A DNA stretch of 64,000 nt from Adineta vaga (GCA_021613535.1 CP075496.1:7192001-7256000); one strand, 5' to 3'. Positions 26,301 to 41,448 are shown, counted from the first letter of the stretch. Notes: generated from the sequence alone by a model not told the origin. A program made the numbers and translations.

Positions 26301-29300
26301 CGGTACTCGACAAATTCCCTCAACAACAACAATTATCAATGAAAATCTTGCACGAATTAATTTTGTTCCACAAGAGCCAGGTGTCTATTCAGTTCATGTT
26401 TCATGTGCAAATCAACCGATTGAAGGTTTTCTATTCGATTTAAATAGATTTGAAGAAAAAAAAAACATAGAAAAAATTCTTCTTCCAATAGGTTCACCGT
26501 TTTCAATTCGTGTTGAACGACCACGAGTTGTTCAAATCTCAGGCGAATGTTTTCCTCGTTTACGTCTCAATGATCTTGGATTGTTTCGTATCCATTGTCA
26601 TGGTCAACGAGGATCAATTCAAGCAAAAATATTTAGTAAATTACACTGATTTTTTCATTGTTGAAAATGATCATTCATTTGTTTTTTTTCTTCTTCTTCT
26701 TAGATCTATCAGCAGGTGATCGTTATGATATTGGTCAAACAATTTCATTTCAATTACACGATACTTATGAACATATAAGTCAATTTCCAGCACAAATTCT
26801 TTTGAATTCATTTACAGTTTTACTTGCAACAAGATTAAAACTAATACAAGAACGAATTAGAACTGTTCTTCTTGGAAAAGATAATGGTTAATATTTGTTA
26901 TTATGTAATAGAAAAACTTAGTTTTCGTTTCTTTTTTTTAATAGGACGTGCGACAGTATCATTTCAATTATTTGAAATGCCATCACAGACACAAACAAAT
27001 GAACAAGTTATTCATCATTTAAGACATCTAATCAATAAACAAACATTGAATCTATTGGATCCGAATCGTTGTGTTTTGAATACTATCATTGGATCAGTCG
27101 TTGTCGGTAGGGAATAAGTAGATATAACAAAAAAGCATTAAAAAATACGCGTTTTTTTCAATGCTACTGGTGAGTGTATTCTAACCATTTTTGATATTAA
27201 CTAACTGCTCGAGACTATCACATAGGATACTATTAATTTGAAATGTAATAAGTCTTAATTATTCTCTTCAATAGGACCAAAAGGTGAACCAGTTAATGTA
27301 AAACTATTTCCACAAGCAAGTGGAGATTATATTGGAGAGTTTACACCAACAAAAATTGGTAGAGATATATGTTGTATTCTAATTGAATGTTTGAGTCTTC
27401 TTTGAATAGGTCAACATCGTATCGATATTACATTTGCAAATGTACCTGTACAAGGTAGTCCATTTTTTACAGAAGTCTATGATCCATCACAAGTTCGTAT
27501 TGGTCCATTACCACGAGATATAATTGCTGCAACAGAAAATACATTTGAAATTAATTTGGATAATGCTGGAAATGTACCATTAGAAATCAAAATTTTATCA
27601 CCAACAGGTGTTAATGGTATGTAAATCATACAAATACTAGTATCAGATTTAAACATAGAAACTAAATTGCTTTGATATTTTCATAGAAATGCTTCATTTT
27701 TTTCTTTTAAATTCTAGTTCCTCTTAAAGTTGATGATGCTTCATCTCGATCAACAGTCAAAAAAGTACGCTTTACACCCAATGAAACTGGTGTACATTAT
27801 TTAAATGCCAAATTTGGTTCAGAAATAGTTCCAGGTACATATTTTTTTATTCATTCTTAGTGTTTCTTCAAGACATGCTATATGTTTATTGAAGGTTCAC
27901 CCATTAAAATGATGGTCAATGAATCTCGTATGGTAACAGCCTATGGTGATGGTATTCATCATGCTTTACATGAAAAACCAGCTTCATTTATAATTGATAC
28001 TCAAGAAATGCATGGTGATTTGAAAGTTCGTATTGAAGGTAAATGAATAGGACAAAGAGAAAGACAGACAGAGACGTTTGTTCAGTACAGTAGATTTGAA
28101 TTATTTTATTGTCTATGTTTTCGTGTAGGTCCAAATTCAGTTATTAAAAATACACTTGAACGAACCAATGATAATCTTTTCAAAGTAACTTATGTACCAG
28201 TCGAAGTTGGATTTGTGAATATTAGCATCAAATGGAATGGAAGAGATATTGTCAATAGTCCATTTAAAGCAGCTGTTACTAACCCAGGTACGTAATTAAT
28301 ATACACAAAGTGAAAAATGATTAGTTTGTTGGTTCTTTAGAACGTGTTCGAATCGTTGGTGGTTGGCAATCAATTCTTGATTCCGAAGATCGTATGCATA
28401 TAATTATTAATGAAGAAAAGAAAATTCGTTTCGATGCATCACATGCTGGACCAGGTATAACAGCCCAAAATGAATAAAAAGAAAGTACATCATATTTCAA
28501 TGATTATTTTCATCTCTAGGTACTTTAAAAGCTGATATTCGTGGAATTACTGATGGTCTTCGTGTGCCAATTCGTATCGATCAACAAGGTACAATTTATA
28601 CTCTTAGTTTTACTGCTATACGAGAAGGAAAATATGATATATCTATAACTTATGATGGTAATCCATTACCAAATATGCCTCTACGAGCAACAGCTAGCAC
28701 AGCATCTACACATTCAAGTGAACATTTAAAAGTTGAAGTACATGGTCGTGGTTCATACGAAGCAAAAGTGAACGAAGAAGCTGAATTTACTATTGATGCA
28801 TCCAAAGCTTCGACACATGGAACGGGTATACCTGTAGTGCGATTAACAGGTGTTCAAGCTGATGTTGAAGTTCGTGTTCGACAAATTGAACATAATATTT
28901 TCCATTGTTCTTATGTACCAACAGCACCAGGTAAAACAATCATGATTGATAAGAAATTGCGGCAAGAAAGATGATCCTTCTTTTTTTTTTGTCTTCAGGT
29001 GCTTATTTATTAAGTGTTACATGGGCAGAACGACAAATTCGAGGATCACCATTTAAAGTGACTGTCTTACCGAGTACAAATAATAATCATTCAGCTGCTC
29101 GAGTCATTTGTTCAGGTGATGGTTTACGAATGGGTATATTAGGTAAAGAAATCAAATGTTTAATTGATACACGTGGTGCTGGTCCAGGAGAACTCACGGC
29201 TTACTGTCAAGGATCAACAAAAACAGCCTTTTGTCGTTTATTTGATCATCGTGACGGAACATTCACATTATTTATTAAACCACAAGAAAGTGGTAAACAT

Positions 29301-29909
29301 GTATTGACAATTAAATATAATGATGAAGATGTACCAGGTAGTCCGTATACATTGAAAGTAAGCGGACCACCTGATGCCAGTAAGTCTTAGAGAGAGTTTC
29401 TTGACAATATAAGAAAACATGGTTTTGTCTATTTAGGTAAAGTACGTGTCTCTGGTCCGGGTATTGAACATGGTGTTCTATCGACATTTCAATCACATTT
29501 CATTTGTGATACAAAAGGAGCAGGTAAAATATTTGATTTTGGATTAGTTTAAAAAGAATAATTTATCTCTCAGATAAAATCAATCTGAATTTGATTAGTA
29601 ATGCATCTTTTTCTGTCTATAATGAATTTTTTCACAGGTGCTGGACAATTAACTGTTAAAATTCGAGGTCCAAAAGGTGCTTTCCGTGTTGAAATGCAAC
29701 GTGAACATTTACAAGACCGTACAATTATCTGTCGATATAATCCAACTGAACCCGGCGATTATCTCATATCAGTTAAATGGAGTGATGAACATGTTTATGG
29801 TTCTCCCTTTCATACACATATCTTCGAACGACAAGAAGAATTAGATCGATTTTTAAATGAACAAAATGCATATCGTCTAGCCCAACAACAATGGAGAGAT
29901 GATGTTTAA
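10295..29909 (+). CDS. Filamin-like protein, jitterbug/FLN-2 type; many Ig-like filamin repeats over dozens of exons
   Basis: Repeated filamin motifs (DASRAGVGQLEI, AGEGQLEV, GSPF). The C-terminus FQSHFICDTKGAGAGQLTVKIRGPKGAFRVEMQRE...YNPTEPGDY...GSPF...EELDRFL resembles, from memory, Drosophila jitterbug. The start position is uncertain (9658 or 10295). Confidence 0.85.
17596..17722 (+). repeat. GAA/GAG/GAT-rich coding tract giving a ~40-residue poly-Glu/Asp insert in filamin
   Basis: EEEDDGEDQEEEEEEEEEAEEAEEEEEDEEDEEEEEEEEEEE is in frame within ORF 17150-18232. Confidence 0.9.
22745..24855 (+). CDS. Nested intronless gene of ~700 aa, low-complexity and probably disordered, inside a filamin intron; one apparent 1-bp deletion near 23550
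   Basis: ORF 22745-23587 continues after a frame change (TATTTTTHNTVTTPTP...) with no stop into ORF 24073-24855. It contains Asp-, Thr-, Gln- and Pro-rich tracts and a short coiled-coil-like segment (MLKQIDEKLREIE). Confidence 0.75.
26704..27117 (+). CDS. Candidate alternative terminal exons of the filamin gene
   Basis: Two GT-AG bounded open exons (about 26704-26886 and 26945-27117) are phase-compatible with the filamin donor near 26635 and end in TAA. Filamin repeats resume at an acceptor near 27275. Confidence 0.6.
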
Positions 29910-30089
29910 AACAAAACGAAAAGAAAATAACAAAATAATTCACTCTTTTTTTTCTTCGAATGATTTTTCTCTTTTTTTTTCTTTCTTTCTTTAGCGAAAC
30001 TTTTAGCAATAATATTTGTTCATTTTCATTCTTTTTTTTCTTTTTTTCTACATAAATAAGAAATTATTCTACAATTTTCATTAAACATT

Positions 30090-31618
30090 CTAATTATTGT
30101 CATCATCATCATCATCATCGTCATCTTTATCGAGAAAGACTCGTCCGTCTAGTTTCTTTAAATGTATCACACGATTACGAAATTCTTGACGATATTCTTT
30201 TTCTAATGATGTTATCGGTTGACTTGGTTCAGGTGAAAAATTTTCACCAACAATACGTTCATGAATTGGATTACCATAAGCTGTGATTTCTTCAAGAGCA
30301 TTTAAATCATTTAGTTTACTGATTTCTGCCCAATCTTTAATTTGATTATAGGCAAAATAGAAAACACGTAGTTTTTTTAATGCATTGATTGCTTTAAATT
30401 TCTCGATTTGATTATAGAGATCCACAATTGTTCAAGTGTACCACCGAGGACTTCCAAACCAGTAAGGTTCTTTATATTATTTCTGGATAGAGAGAGAATT
30501 TTTAGATGATGAAGACCATTCATATAACCGATACGTTCAATTGTATTGGATGATAAAGCTAATCGTCTAAATGATTTACACGAAGTTGATTCAATTAGTT
30601 TCTCGATTTATCATACATATTCTCAAGTTTGTTTTATCTTTAATAATCTCTCTGATGCTGATAAAAGATAACGACGTAATGTCTAAACTTTTTAAATATA
30701 AACTGAAAAACCTCGAGGTTACCCTCTGTTTCCACTTCTTTATATACTATACACAAGCACACGATCAAAAGTCTAAAACATAGATTGCAAACATTAGCAA
30801 ACGAATTTTATCGTTGGTATAACATATGGAAATTACTAATTCGACCATCCAAAACTGAATCGATATAGTTTAATCCTCATGAGAGTGAAAAGTACAGATA
30901 TAAAGCCAGTAAAGACAGCAAGATATTTAGGTATGATTTTTGATCATCAGCTCAATTACTAAAGCCATTTACGACATATAGAAGAGAAAATCGCAACACG
31001 AACAAGTCTCCTAAATTATTTATCCAAACTAAATTCTTAGTTAGATTCATTAAAACTTATGGATGTTCTATCCTTCTAAAAGCTGATGACGCATTATGGA
31101 AAATATTGCAAAACAAAGCCTTAAGAGCATCTCTAGGTCTTCCAATATGTACATCAACAAAGTACCTTCATCGAAAGAGCAAAATCCCAATGATCATAAA
31201 CTACGTAAAAGTCTTGTTACAAAAAGCAATTTCTAAAGCTGAATCCTTCAAAGACAGCATATCAATGAAATTTAACCAATCAAATGGAGAGCAAAAGGCA
31301 AATGTTTCTCCTTCCTCTTCTACCACTTTTCTTCTCATAGAGTGAATTAACTTTGATATGTATATATACATACTCGCAATTAATTAAAGATGATAATGAT
31401 TGATCTAATTTTTCTATCGGTGGTATTCGCCCATATAAAAAACATTCTTTCAATTCTTCTACTTTTCGGCCATCCAACTAGAATAGAATTGAATTTATCA
31501 CTGATTTAATGAATCATTTAACATACATATTTTGTCAATGCTTCGCGAAATGTTTGATAGGTCTAGAACAAACGAAGTGTATTCAAATATTTAGTAAGAC
31601 AATTTTCAGTTTTACCAT
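30090..31618 (-). CDS. DNAL1: Dynein axonemal light chain 1 (LC1, LRR protein); 4 exons, apparent 1-bp deletion near 30415
   Basis: The exons join to give [60 protein letters not shown]...[36 protein letters not shown]...GNP...LKKLDG. Confidence 0.9.
30700..31270 (+). mobile_element. Degenerate non-LTR retrotransposon (LINE) reverse-transcriptase relic in DNAL1 intron 3, antisense to the host gene
   Basis: Fragments [15 protein letters not shown] (compare RT motif PQGSxLSPLL), [17 protein letters not shown], and YGCSIL...[13 protein letters not shown] occur in canonical RT/thumb order with stops and deletions. Confidence 0.8.
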
Positions 31619-31964
31619 GTGTAAATTTAGAAATGACGAAAAAAGAGTTTAAAGGGCGGGTAATTCTTTCGAATATGACTTTGACATTAGAATTAATTAA
31701 TTTTACGTTTTTAAACAGATTAAAATACTAATACATATTGAAATTGAGATCTCATTCGATTCTCTGAATCATTCTACATACTGTTTTACTGCTCGACAGA
31801 CATCAATTATACTTTATGATTTCTTTTTATTTTGTTCTCCTATGACAAATATATACATTTACCTTTTTCGTTTCTATTCTGAGAAAAAAAATCATTTTCA
31901 ACTGCATGTGATCAAACAGAAGACACAATAGTTACTTTTTCTTGGCTTTTTCTATCAAAACTTC

Positions 31965-33895
31965 ATGGCAAATAGTTTTTTAACGAAGAATAATGACTTA
32001 GAAAAATTTATATTAATATGGCTCGATGCTTCAGTAAATGATCCTGAAAATAGAACAACTCAAGATGATCTTTGTCAATTAACTGATAATTTTCAAACAT
32101 TTAATAATCCGAATGAATGTGAATTATATATTGAAACTCATTCGAATAATGAACGAATCGTTCTCATTACCAGTGGCCGTTTTGCTCGACAGATTATTTC
32201 ACGTATTCATGAAATCAATAGTATTTTTTCAATCTACATTTACTGTTACGATAAAACTGCCTATCAACAATATGCAGCAGAGTATCCGAAAATTCGTGAT
32301 ATATTAATAACGAAAGCAGAATTAATCGAACGAATTTGCCAGGATAATAAAAAACAAGTTCATGTAATTAATAAAGAATTACTTAGTTTGAATATTTCTA
32401 CAGATGGTCAATTTCTGCAATCTCAATTATTAATTCATCATTTACTTAAAATTGAAACAATCTCAGCAAATCATCATGAAGAGTTTTTTCAATTATATCA
32501 AGCAGCATCTACAGAAAATAACAACAATTTCGATGACTTTCAACGAAATTATTCATCACAGAACAGCTTACAATGGTTGATCAAAGATTCTTTTTTCTCA
32601 AAATTCTTCACACAAGCTCTTCAAACAAAAACTATTGATGTTCTTTGTATTTCTCGATATTTCCTTCAAGACATTTACGAACAGTTGAAAACACATCAAT
32701 GTTCAACATCAATTCATGTTTACCATACTCATATCATTCAATATGAAGAGATAGAACAATTACGGAATTCAATTGGTAACTTCATAACTCTAAACACATT
32801 TCTTTTACAACCTTTCAACAGCATCACGCTCTTGAGGCTTTAGACGCAACCCAAATTCAATACAAAATCCTCTTTGAAATTGATGCTGATCCATCAGTTC
32901 AAAGTCTTGTACCATTCGCTGATATTACATCAATAAATCATTCAAAAGAACAATCGGATGTTCTTTTTATGATAGGATCCATCTTTCGTATTGAAGATGT
33001 CTATCAACAAAATGATATTTGTATTTGTCGAATGACTCTCTGTGGTGAATGTGATCCTGAATTGAAATATCTTTTTGATCGAATTGAAAAAGAAGATCAG
33101 AATGGTAGTATTCTTTCATTGGGTAATTTATTAATTGAATTAGGTCAATCTGATGATGCGGAAAAATATTATCAACATATATTAAATGAACGAACAGCAG
33201 ATCATCAGAATACATATATTTGTAATCATAATCTCGGCAAAATTACATTTTCAAAACAAGATTATGACAGAAGTCTTGCATATCATTTGAGATCTCAAGA
33301 ATTCCTATCCAATTCTGATCTAAATATGGCGGATAGTTGCAACTGTCTTGGTACAATTTATTTTCATAAACATGAATTTCAACAATCAATTGATGCTTAT
33401 AAAAAAGCATTAACTATTTTCAAATTAGCATTAGATGAAAACTATTCAAAAGTTATCACTTGTCTAAACAATGTTGGTCTCATTTATCGAATGGAAAAGG
33501 ATTATTCTCAAGCACTTTCATATTATGAAGAAGTGTTAACTTTACAAAAACGATATTTATCTGAAGATCATGTCGAATTAGGATCAACATATCATAATAT
33601 CGGTGCACTTAATTGGTGTCAAGGAATGTATGACGAAGCAATGAAATATTATAATTTATCATTAGAAAATAAAATGAAATATTTCTCATCGAAACATTCA
33701 TCTGTTGCAATGACATTAGAGAATATTGGTCTAATTTATGAGAATAAAGGACAATTCGAACAAGCATTCGATTATTATAAACAAGCAGCCGATAGTTACG
33801 AAGAAAGTTTATCATCAACACATTCAGATGTGATACAAATTCATGAAAATATTCAACGTATAACAATTCATTTAAATTCGAAAACTTCTCTTTAG
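31965..33895 (+). CDS. Receiver-like + ART-like (degenerate) + TPR protein; intronless, apparent 1-bp deletion near 32805
   Basis: ORFs 31965-32843 and 32969-33895 join through TFLFTTFQQ...KILFEIDADPS...PFADITS...QSDVLFMIGSIFR. The protein has 42-aa TPRs and is collinear with the paralog at 43290. Confidence 0.85.
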
Positions 33896-34174
33896 AAACA
33901 AAACAGAAATTCTTAAATTTCATTTATTTAATAAAGAAAACAATTTGTCTAGATTTGTTCTTAGATTGATGTTGCAATCTATAGTACCGTAGAGACAAGC
34001 ATGTGATAAATATACTGCGACATCTTCAGTATCTACGTTCGTTAAACATTGTTATTTAGACCAATAAGAAAATAATCAAATATCGACACTTTCTTATGAT
34101 AACTGTTCGTTTAATATTTAGGTCACATACATTTATCCTTTTATCAACAACAAGGACTCTCATAACTATTTGAT

Positions 34175-35902
34175 ATGTCAACAATATCTATTACAACAGA
34201 AACATCATTAGATGCTGTGGAAACGATTATTAAAGATCTTCGTCAAGCGTTCAATACTGGTAAAACCAAATCGGTAGCATGGCGTCGACAACAACTTGAA
34301 CGATTGTTTGAAATGTGTGACAAAGATAGAGATACACTTGCAGCAGCTGTACATACTGATTTTCATCGACCCAATTCTGAGACACTTATTTTCGATTGTG
34401 CTTCAGTAAGTTTTTTTTTGTCGCAACAAAGAAATTTTATTTCAAGGATTTCTGTCAACTAGATTCGTAATGAATGTGCACATGCACTCAATAATCTTGA
34501 TGAATGGGTACGTGATGAAAAGATTTCTGATGCTATTGCTTATGCAACATTGGATAAGTATATACATCCCGAACCACTCGGTGTTGTATTAATTATTGGT
34601 GCATGGAATTATCCTTTTTTGGTTACATTGGCACCTTTAATTGGTGCAATAGCTGCTGGAAATTGTGCTATTCTTAAGCCATCAGAATTGGCACCGCATT
34701 CTGCAGCAATTATGGCAACAATGGTCGAACGTTACCTTGATCCCAGTTGTTTTCGAGTCGTACTTGGTGGAGCTGATCAAACACAAGCTTTACTTAAAGC
34801 TGATATTGATAAAATCTTTTATACCGGCTCAACAACAGTTGGGAAAATAGTAATGAAAGCAGCAGCAGAAAAAATGATTCCAGTAACACTTGAATGTGGT
34901 GGAAAGAGTCCTGTTTTTGTTGCTGATGATGCTAATATGGAAATTTGTGGAAGACGTATAGCGTGGGGAAAAGCGATTAATTGTGGACAAACATGGTAAA
35001 ATTTTCTAAGATCTATATTATCATTTTATAAGATAACTACGAATGTATAACTATTTTTGTTGCTATAGTGTGGCTCCTGATTATGTTTTATGTTCAAAAG
35101 AGGCAGAAACTCGATTGATCCCACATATAGTGAAATCTTGGCAAGAATTTTATACTAATAATCCTGCTAGTTCAGAATCGTACTGTCACATGGTAAATAG
35201 TCGTCATTTTGATCGTGTAAAAAAATTAATTAATCCAGAAAAAGTTGTTCATGGTGGTCAAACGGATGCCAATCAAAATTACATTGCACCAACTATTATG
35301 TAAGTAATATCATTCTCATTTTTTCTAATTCGAAAATTTTCGTTCTCGTTTTCTTCAATAGGAATAATATTACACTCGATGATAAAGTAATGCAAGAAGA
35401 AATCTTTGGACCTATTCTTCCATTTGTTACAGTTCATAATGAACAAGATGCGATTCAATTTATCAATAAACGTGATAAACCATTAGCACTCTATGTCTTT
35501 ACAGCAAATAAAAATTTAGCTAAACGAGTTATTGATTCAACAAGTGCAGGTTCAACTTGTGTTAATGATGTTGTTTTTCAAGTAGCACCACCTTCATTAC
35601 CTTTTGGTGGAGTTGGTGCAAGTGGTCTCGGAGCATATCATGGCAAATATTCATTTGATGCTTTTAGTCACCGTCGTACGGTTGTTTATGCACCGAATTG
35701 GACAGAAGCTTTAGTTGGTAAACGAAATCCACCTTATACGCCCAAAAAAACAGCCTTCATTGAAAATCTTACTAAAATACATCGTCGATGGCGTTTTCTA
35801 CCACGAATAAGCTTTTGGTTTTGGGCAGTTGCTGCTTTATTTTTAGCCTTTTCAGCGCCTATTGCTCTTCGTAGTATTCAAGAGAAGAAATGGAAGATAT
35901 AA
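34175..35902 (+). CDS. ALDH3: Aldehyde dehydrogenase family 3, fatty-aldehyde dehydrogenase-like with a C-terminal membrane anchor; 4 exons
   Basis: Motifs EPLGVVLIIGAWNYP, LKPSE, FYTGSTTVG, TLECGGKSP, NCGQTCVAPDY, MQEEIFGPILP and LPFGGVGASG, followed by a hydrophobic tail FWFWAVAALFLAFSAPIAL. Confidence 0.93.
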
Positions 35903-36038
35903 AAAATCATAGTCTAGCATGAAAACAAAAACAAATCTTTTTTTATTTTCTTTATTTCAAAAATAAATTATTCAAGTGAGATTATTTTAATTAGTTCTTG
36001 TTTTTCTTTGTTTCTTATAGATTATTATTCGGTGCTAA

Positions 36039-38651
36039 ATGCAGGAGACAATAGGAGATACGACGTATAATTGGACAGATGTCACAACTCAATTTGCTGA
36101 TTTATGTCAAACTTTATCTATTGGTGAAGTTCTTCGTGATCGAGATTTTACATTATTTGAAGCTATGACTGCTTTAGAATTAATGGATCCAAAAATGGAT
36201 GGTGGAATGTCTATAAAAATCATTTTCAGGAACAAAAACAAGGAAATCGAATATTAACTTTACAACAATTAATCGAAAAGAAACTTTTGAAAATCTCGTC
36301 ATTTACATCGATTGAATTAATTCATCTATTCGATCAATTATTAGCAACATTTCATATGTGGCTTGATGGACATAGTTTAGCATTAACATTATTTACTTGT
36401 GTTTATCTACATGATATAACTCTGATTGAAGATTATCATTTGCGAACAATATGTTTTACATTTGTAAAACTAATTGATTATATTCGTGAACGAATTCTAT
36501 TGAAAGCTGGTCTTTTTGAAGAAGAAGATTTTAGTGGAACATTAACATACAATTTTCCATTCTATTACGAGACTATCAAAGATCAAACATGTTTAAGTGA
36601 TTTAAAAAAATGTGAAGATGAATTAAATAAACGTTTACGTTCATTAAAACATGAAAATGATTTAAATCAATCTGATATTCATTTTACACAACAATTAATC
36701 TATCGAATACGATTTTTACGTTCATTTTTCGGTTTAACATTAAGATTCAATGAAGCAAATGAGAAAACAAATGAACAAACATATTTAAATAGTGAAGATA
36801 TTCTAAAGAATCTCAAACAAATCGATGAATTACTTCTTCTAATTCGACCATCACATATGGTTGAAGATGAAACTGTAAGTTATTTTTAGAATTTCTATTC
36901 ATTAATTGCAATTCTATTTAGACGGTAACAAATGACAATTCGGAATTGATAATTTCAATATCATCACTAACTGATATCTCACGTTCATTTGATCCGTATT
37001 ATAATTATCGTCAATTACCTCCAGCATTCAATCGTTTTATACGACAACTTGTATCACCTTCATGTGTTTACGTATTCTTAGGAGATATTTGTCAACAATT
37101 ACATAAAATGCCTGAAATCAATGATAAACGAACATTAAAACAAGCATTTGAATTCTTTCTAGAATTTTCAACGAATGAAAAACCCTCCTTATTTATTCGT
37201 TCTCTATTGCTTCTCTCATATCTACCATCTGTTCAAGGTTGTTTATTAAGTTCAAGAAAGATTTTCGGACAAATTTCTTTTGCTGAACAAGTTAAATATG
37301 AAATACGATTATTTATTGTTCCACCATTATTAACATTCAAATATATTACAATTGACAATGAAACAATAAATTATGGTGAAAACTTTTTTCAACGTGCATG
37401 TGTTCCATTTTCAAATCTATTCTATTCATTGTGTAATAATCGTGCACGTACACGAGAAAAATTATCGAATTTATTAGAAGAATTTAGTGTCCTACAAGAT
37501 GAAAGTGAAAAACTCGATCAATGGTTACATAAATATTTTCTTCAACATATTCTTCAAGCAAATCTCTCAACATTAAATACTCAAACATTATTATTAATTG
37601 AGAAAACATCATATTTTTTTCAATTTATTCTTCATTGGACATTGACTATTATGGAATATTATCTTTTAATGGGTTTTGATCTATCACTTTATTCTAAACG
37701 TGAATTATATGATGTGTATTTTTATTTTGCCCAAATTATTTTATTTACACATATTAATGTTTATAAAACATCAACGAATATTCTCAATACAACTGTACCA
37801 TTATTTATTCAATTAAATCAAAAACATCAACAAACTCATAAAAATCAAATTAATAATTTCTTTATTCAACAATTCAGTTCGATTATTCAACAACATGCAA
37901 ATGATGATCCATTGATGGATTTAAATAATGATAATAGTTCAGGACAAAAGAAAAATAAACGAAAAAATCTTAATGGATCAATGCCAACAAATACCGACCA
38001 TCATGAACAAGAATTATCTTTAATTAACGGACATTTTTCAATGAGTACAGCTATGCATAGATGTTTGAGAGCTTTAGAAGTTGAACAAAGATTAAAATTT
38101 AGCAGGTAATCCTTGACATCTAACGATCTGAAATGATAAAGTATCATTGGAGGTAGAAATTCATCTGTAAAAAATGGAATTTAGTTTAATAATAGAACAT
38201 TAATTCTTCGTTATTCTAATCGAATTTTTCTCATTTCAGTACTGATCAAAATTATTTTCTTCGTAATGAAATTCGTTATCGTCATCGTTTTCTCCCATTC
38301 GCTAATCTTTGTGCACCACCCTACATGCCTCATTCCGATTTTCTTCACATTCAACATTTAAGTGATAATCGTTATTCAACATCGGAATTATATCAAGATG
38401 CAATCAATAATTTTTCTCAAGCAAAAACCTATTTCGAAACATATCTCAATCGACTAACAACATCCAAACAACAAACATTACATCGAACATTTACAACATG
38501 TTTTACATCAATATTTGATGTTGAATCTTATATTCGTGTAGCAAAAACGAATTGTGTTGTTTTAAAACTATTATTAAGTGGGCATAAACCTGATATGACA
38601 ATTGATTTCGATTTTAGTTTACATCCTCATTATCCTACGTTAAAATTGTGA
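36039..38651 (+). CDS. NAA35: NatC auxiliary subunit (Mak10); 3 exons, apparent 1-bp deletion in the A-run at 36215-36219
   Basis: Motifs FTLFEAMTALELMDPKMDGG, WLDGHSLALTLFTCVYLH, FEEEDF, NRARTREKL, EIRYRHRFLPF and FDFSLHPHYPTLKL*. Confidence 0.92.
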
Positions 38652-38865
38652 TGTTAAATGAGTTGATTTTTTGTCTTGCCTGAGTTTGTTTGTAGTTCAT
38701 ATAACAACTAATTCTGATCTGTTTTCTTTTTCCGAAAAAAAAGACGTATCTGTGTGCGTGCGTGCGTGCGTGTGTTTGAAGAGAAAAAAAAACAAATTAA
38801 AAGATTTCAAAAAATGTTTGTTTAAGATTGAGAAGTTAAATTAAAATTCTAATGGCATTTTATTT

Positions 38866-40861
<1,996 letters not shown>

Positions 40862-41448
40862 TTATTCAAAGAACAGTACCGATAAACAGATTGATTTTCC
40901 TTCTATTTTTATGTATTCGTATTCCTTTTCGTAGTTTCTATTGATTGTAAAAAAACCGAACTAATGATTTGATTAAGCACGCAAAAAAAAACGAATATAA
41001 CTCTCTCTCTCTCATGTTTGAATAGTCTTCTAGAAGATTAATAGCATCGTTTTCTTTCAATAATGACGTAATCACGTTCTTTTCATACATAACAAGGCGA
41101 ACGAGTACATGTTTCATTTTAGATGAGATTTATCGACGAATGTGTACACATCGAAAAGAGAATACAGACAAATAACACAACGAGTCTATCTGGTTTACAT
41201 GGAAATATGATTAAAGTTTTTTTTTCTACGTATAGTGAGTAGAATATTTATAAATATTCATTGGTTTATTTCTCTCTCTCTCTCTTTCGCATCCAATTTA
41301 GACTAAACATCACGTGTTATATTGAAAAGAAAAAAGAACATTGACGTGTTATTTTGGATTTGGATTTTTTTCATACAAAAAGAGGAAAAAAAAACTAATC
41401 GATCTACTTGTTCGTTTTTTACTGATTGCCATTTAATATTTTGGTTTC

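Noticed and set aside
23540-36220. Four single-base frameshifts (about 23550, 30415, 32805, 36217) as programmed frameshifting, RNA editing or pseudogenisation
   Set aside because: All are 1-nt losses in homopolymers or short repeats, two of them in conserved housekeeping genes (DNAL1, NAA35) that are otherwise intact. Long-read consensus error is the simplest explanation; raw reads would settle it.
38106-38240. NAA35 intron starting gtaatcctt as a U12-type intron or snoRNA host
   Set aside because: It does not match GTATCCTT exactly, and I see no convincing U12 branch point or paired C/D boxes.
41060-41350. ACGT-core motifs upstream of the arrestin gene as a ChoRE like that of TXNIP/ARRDC4
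   Set aside because: There is only one perfect CACGTG and no pair of E-boxes with 5-bp spacing.
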